A stretch of DNA of 64,000 nt, taken from assembly GCA_963720545.1 (NCBI GenBank), contig OY970399.1, forward strand, positions 1,504,001 through 1,568,000. The letters are read 5' to 3'. Source of the DNA: an uncultured Acidobacteriota bacterium. Lineage in GTDB: Bacteria > Acidobacteriota > Vicinamibacteria > Fen-336. This document shows positions 63,262-64,000 of this stretch, piece by piece (the first letter of the stretch is position 1; every line of letters begins with the position of its first letter). The notes beneath the pieces were generated by a model that did not search any database, was not told the origin of the DNA, and saw only the letters and a list, made by a program, of their open reading frames with translations. Position numbers and translations under genes: made by a program.

Positions 63262-64000
63262 TCAGGACCGGTCGGCGAGTCCCCGGCGCCTGGTCTTTCT
63301 CCCCGCCGCCTTGCCGCGGCTGCGGCCCGAGCCGCCGGCGCGCGAGCGGGTGCGGCGCGCGCCGCGCGCCGTGGGCCCGGCAAAACCGAGGAGCGCCATT
63401 GCCATCGCCGCCATCATCGCCACCTCCCACGTGGCGTACCAGGTGCCGGAAATGAAGCCGCGGTTCCAGGAGACGATGCCGGTGACCAGCAGCAGCACGG
63501 CGGGCATGAAGGCGAGCAGCACGAAGCGGCGGCGCAGGTCGAGCGCAGCGGCGCCGAGCGGCAGCGCGAAGACCCAGAGGGCGCTCACTGGGTTCACGAA
63601 CAGCAGCCAGCCGAACGCCAGCAGCACCGCCAGGCGCGCCCCGAGCGCCAGCGCCGAGGTGCCAAGCACCGGCTGCAGCGCCGCGATGATGAGGGCGCCG
63701 CCGAGGAAGTAGAGCGTCAGCGCGCCGAACACATGGCCGAACGCGGCGAACCAGTGCGGATCGGTGCCGCGCTGCTGACGCGCCTCTGAAAGGGCTCGCA
63801 CCGCGCCGACCAGCGCATTGCCGACCTTGGCGAGCGCCTGGTCGTCGAGCTTGTCGGCGGTGTCGCGCGGCCCGCGGTGGTACGGGTAGTAGCGGCTGAG
63901 CGACGAATCGGTGAGGAACAAGGACGCGGTGCCCGCCTGCAGGAAGGGCGCGCTGTCGGTGTGCTCCCGCATGCGGTAGGTGCGGACCGCCGCCTGATAG
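63262..64000 (-). CDS. 3' part of a probable M28-like peptidase with C-terminal TM segments; runs off the right edge
   Basis: Frame open to the window end; TDSAPF..AG, YH...DTADKLD, then several hydrophobic helices. Confidence 0.55.
   Translation of the reverse strand, partial: YQAAVRTYRMREHTDSAPFLQAGTASLFLTDSSLSRYYPYHRGPRDTADKLDDQALAKVGNALVGAVRALSEARQQRGTDPHWFAAFGHVFGALTLYFLGGALIIAALQPVLGTSALALGARLAVLLAFGWLLFVNPVSALWVFALPLGAAALDLRRRFVLLAFMPAVLLLVTGIVSWNRGFISGTWYATWEVAMMAAMAMALLGFAGPTARGARRTRSRAGGSGRSRGKAAGRKTRRRGLADRS

Overview
A gene-dense, very GC-rich (roughly 70% by eye) bacterial chromosomal segment with about 55 CDSs. I found no rRNA, tRNA, CRISPR array, transposase, integrase or phage genes. 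An ADOP-type orphan permease, a TonB receptor with an N-terminal carboxypeptidase-regulatory-like domain, a WTxP-type sulfatase-like protein and DUF4388/PilZ proteins suggest Acidobacteriota (inference). The main content is a molybdenum-hydroxylase neighbourhood: form-II (AYRGAGR) coxSLM behind an APC permease and a class-III aminotransferase, a divergent mmsA, and dispersed coxD/coxE, xdhC, a CoxG-MoeA-like fusion and moaA/D/E. The window also holds amt plus a Thermus-type PII, a NatAB-like ABC exporter with an alpha/beta hydrolase, uup, a two-component system divergent from a TonB receptor, trxB, czcD, glycosyltransferases, an SPFH-RHH pair, pncA, a GDPD, and an add/DUF4388-FHA/DUF1015 operon. 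Non-coding signals include a triple 11-bp-phased operator before the SPFH-RHH operon, a ~150-nt nested hairpin, an ECF-type promoter, bidirectional overlapping -10 boxes, many apparently leaderless starts, and CTG starts in CTGA overlaps. Family assignments come from motif recognition only; no database searches were run.
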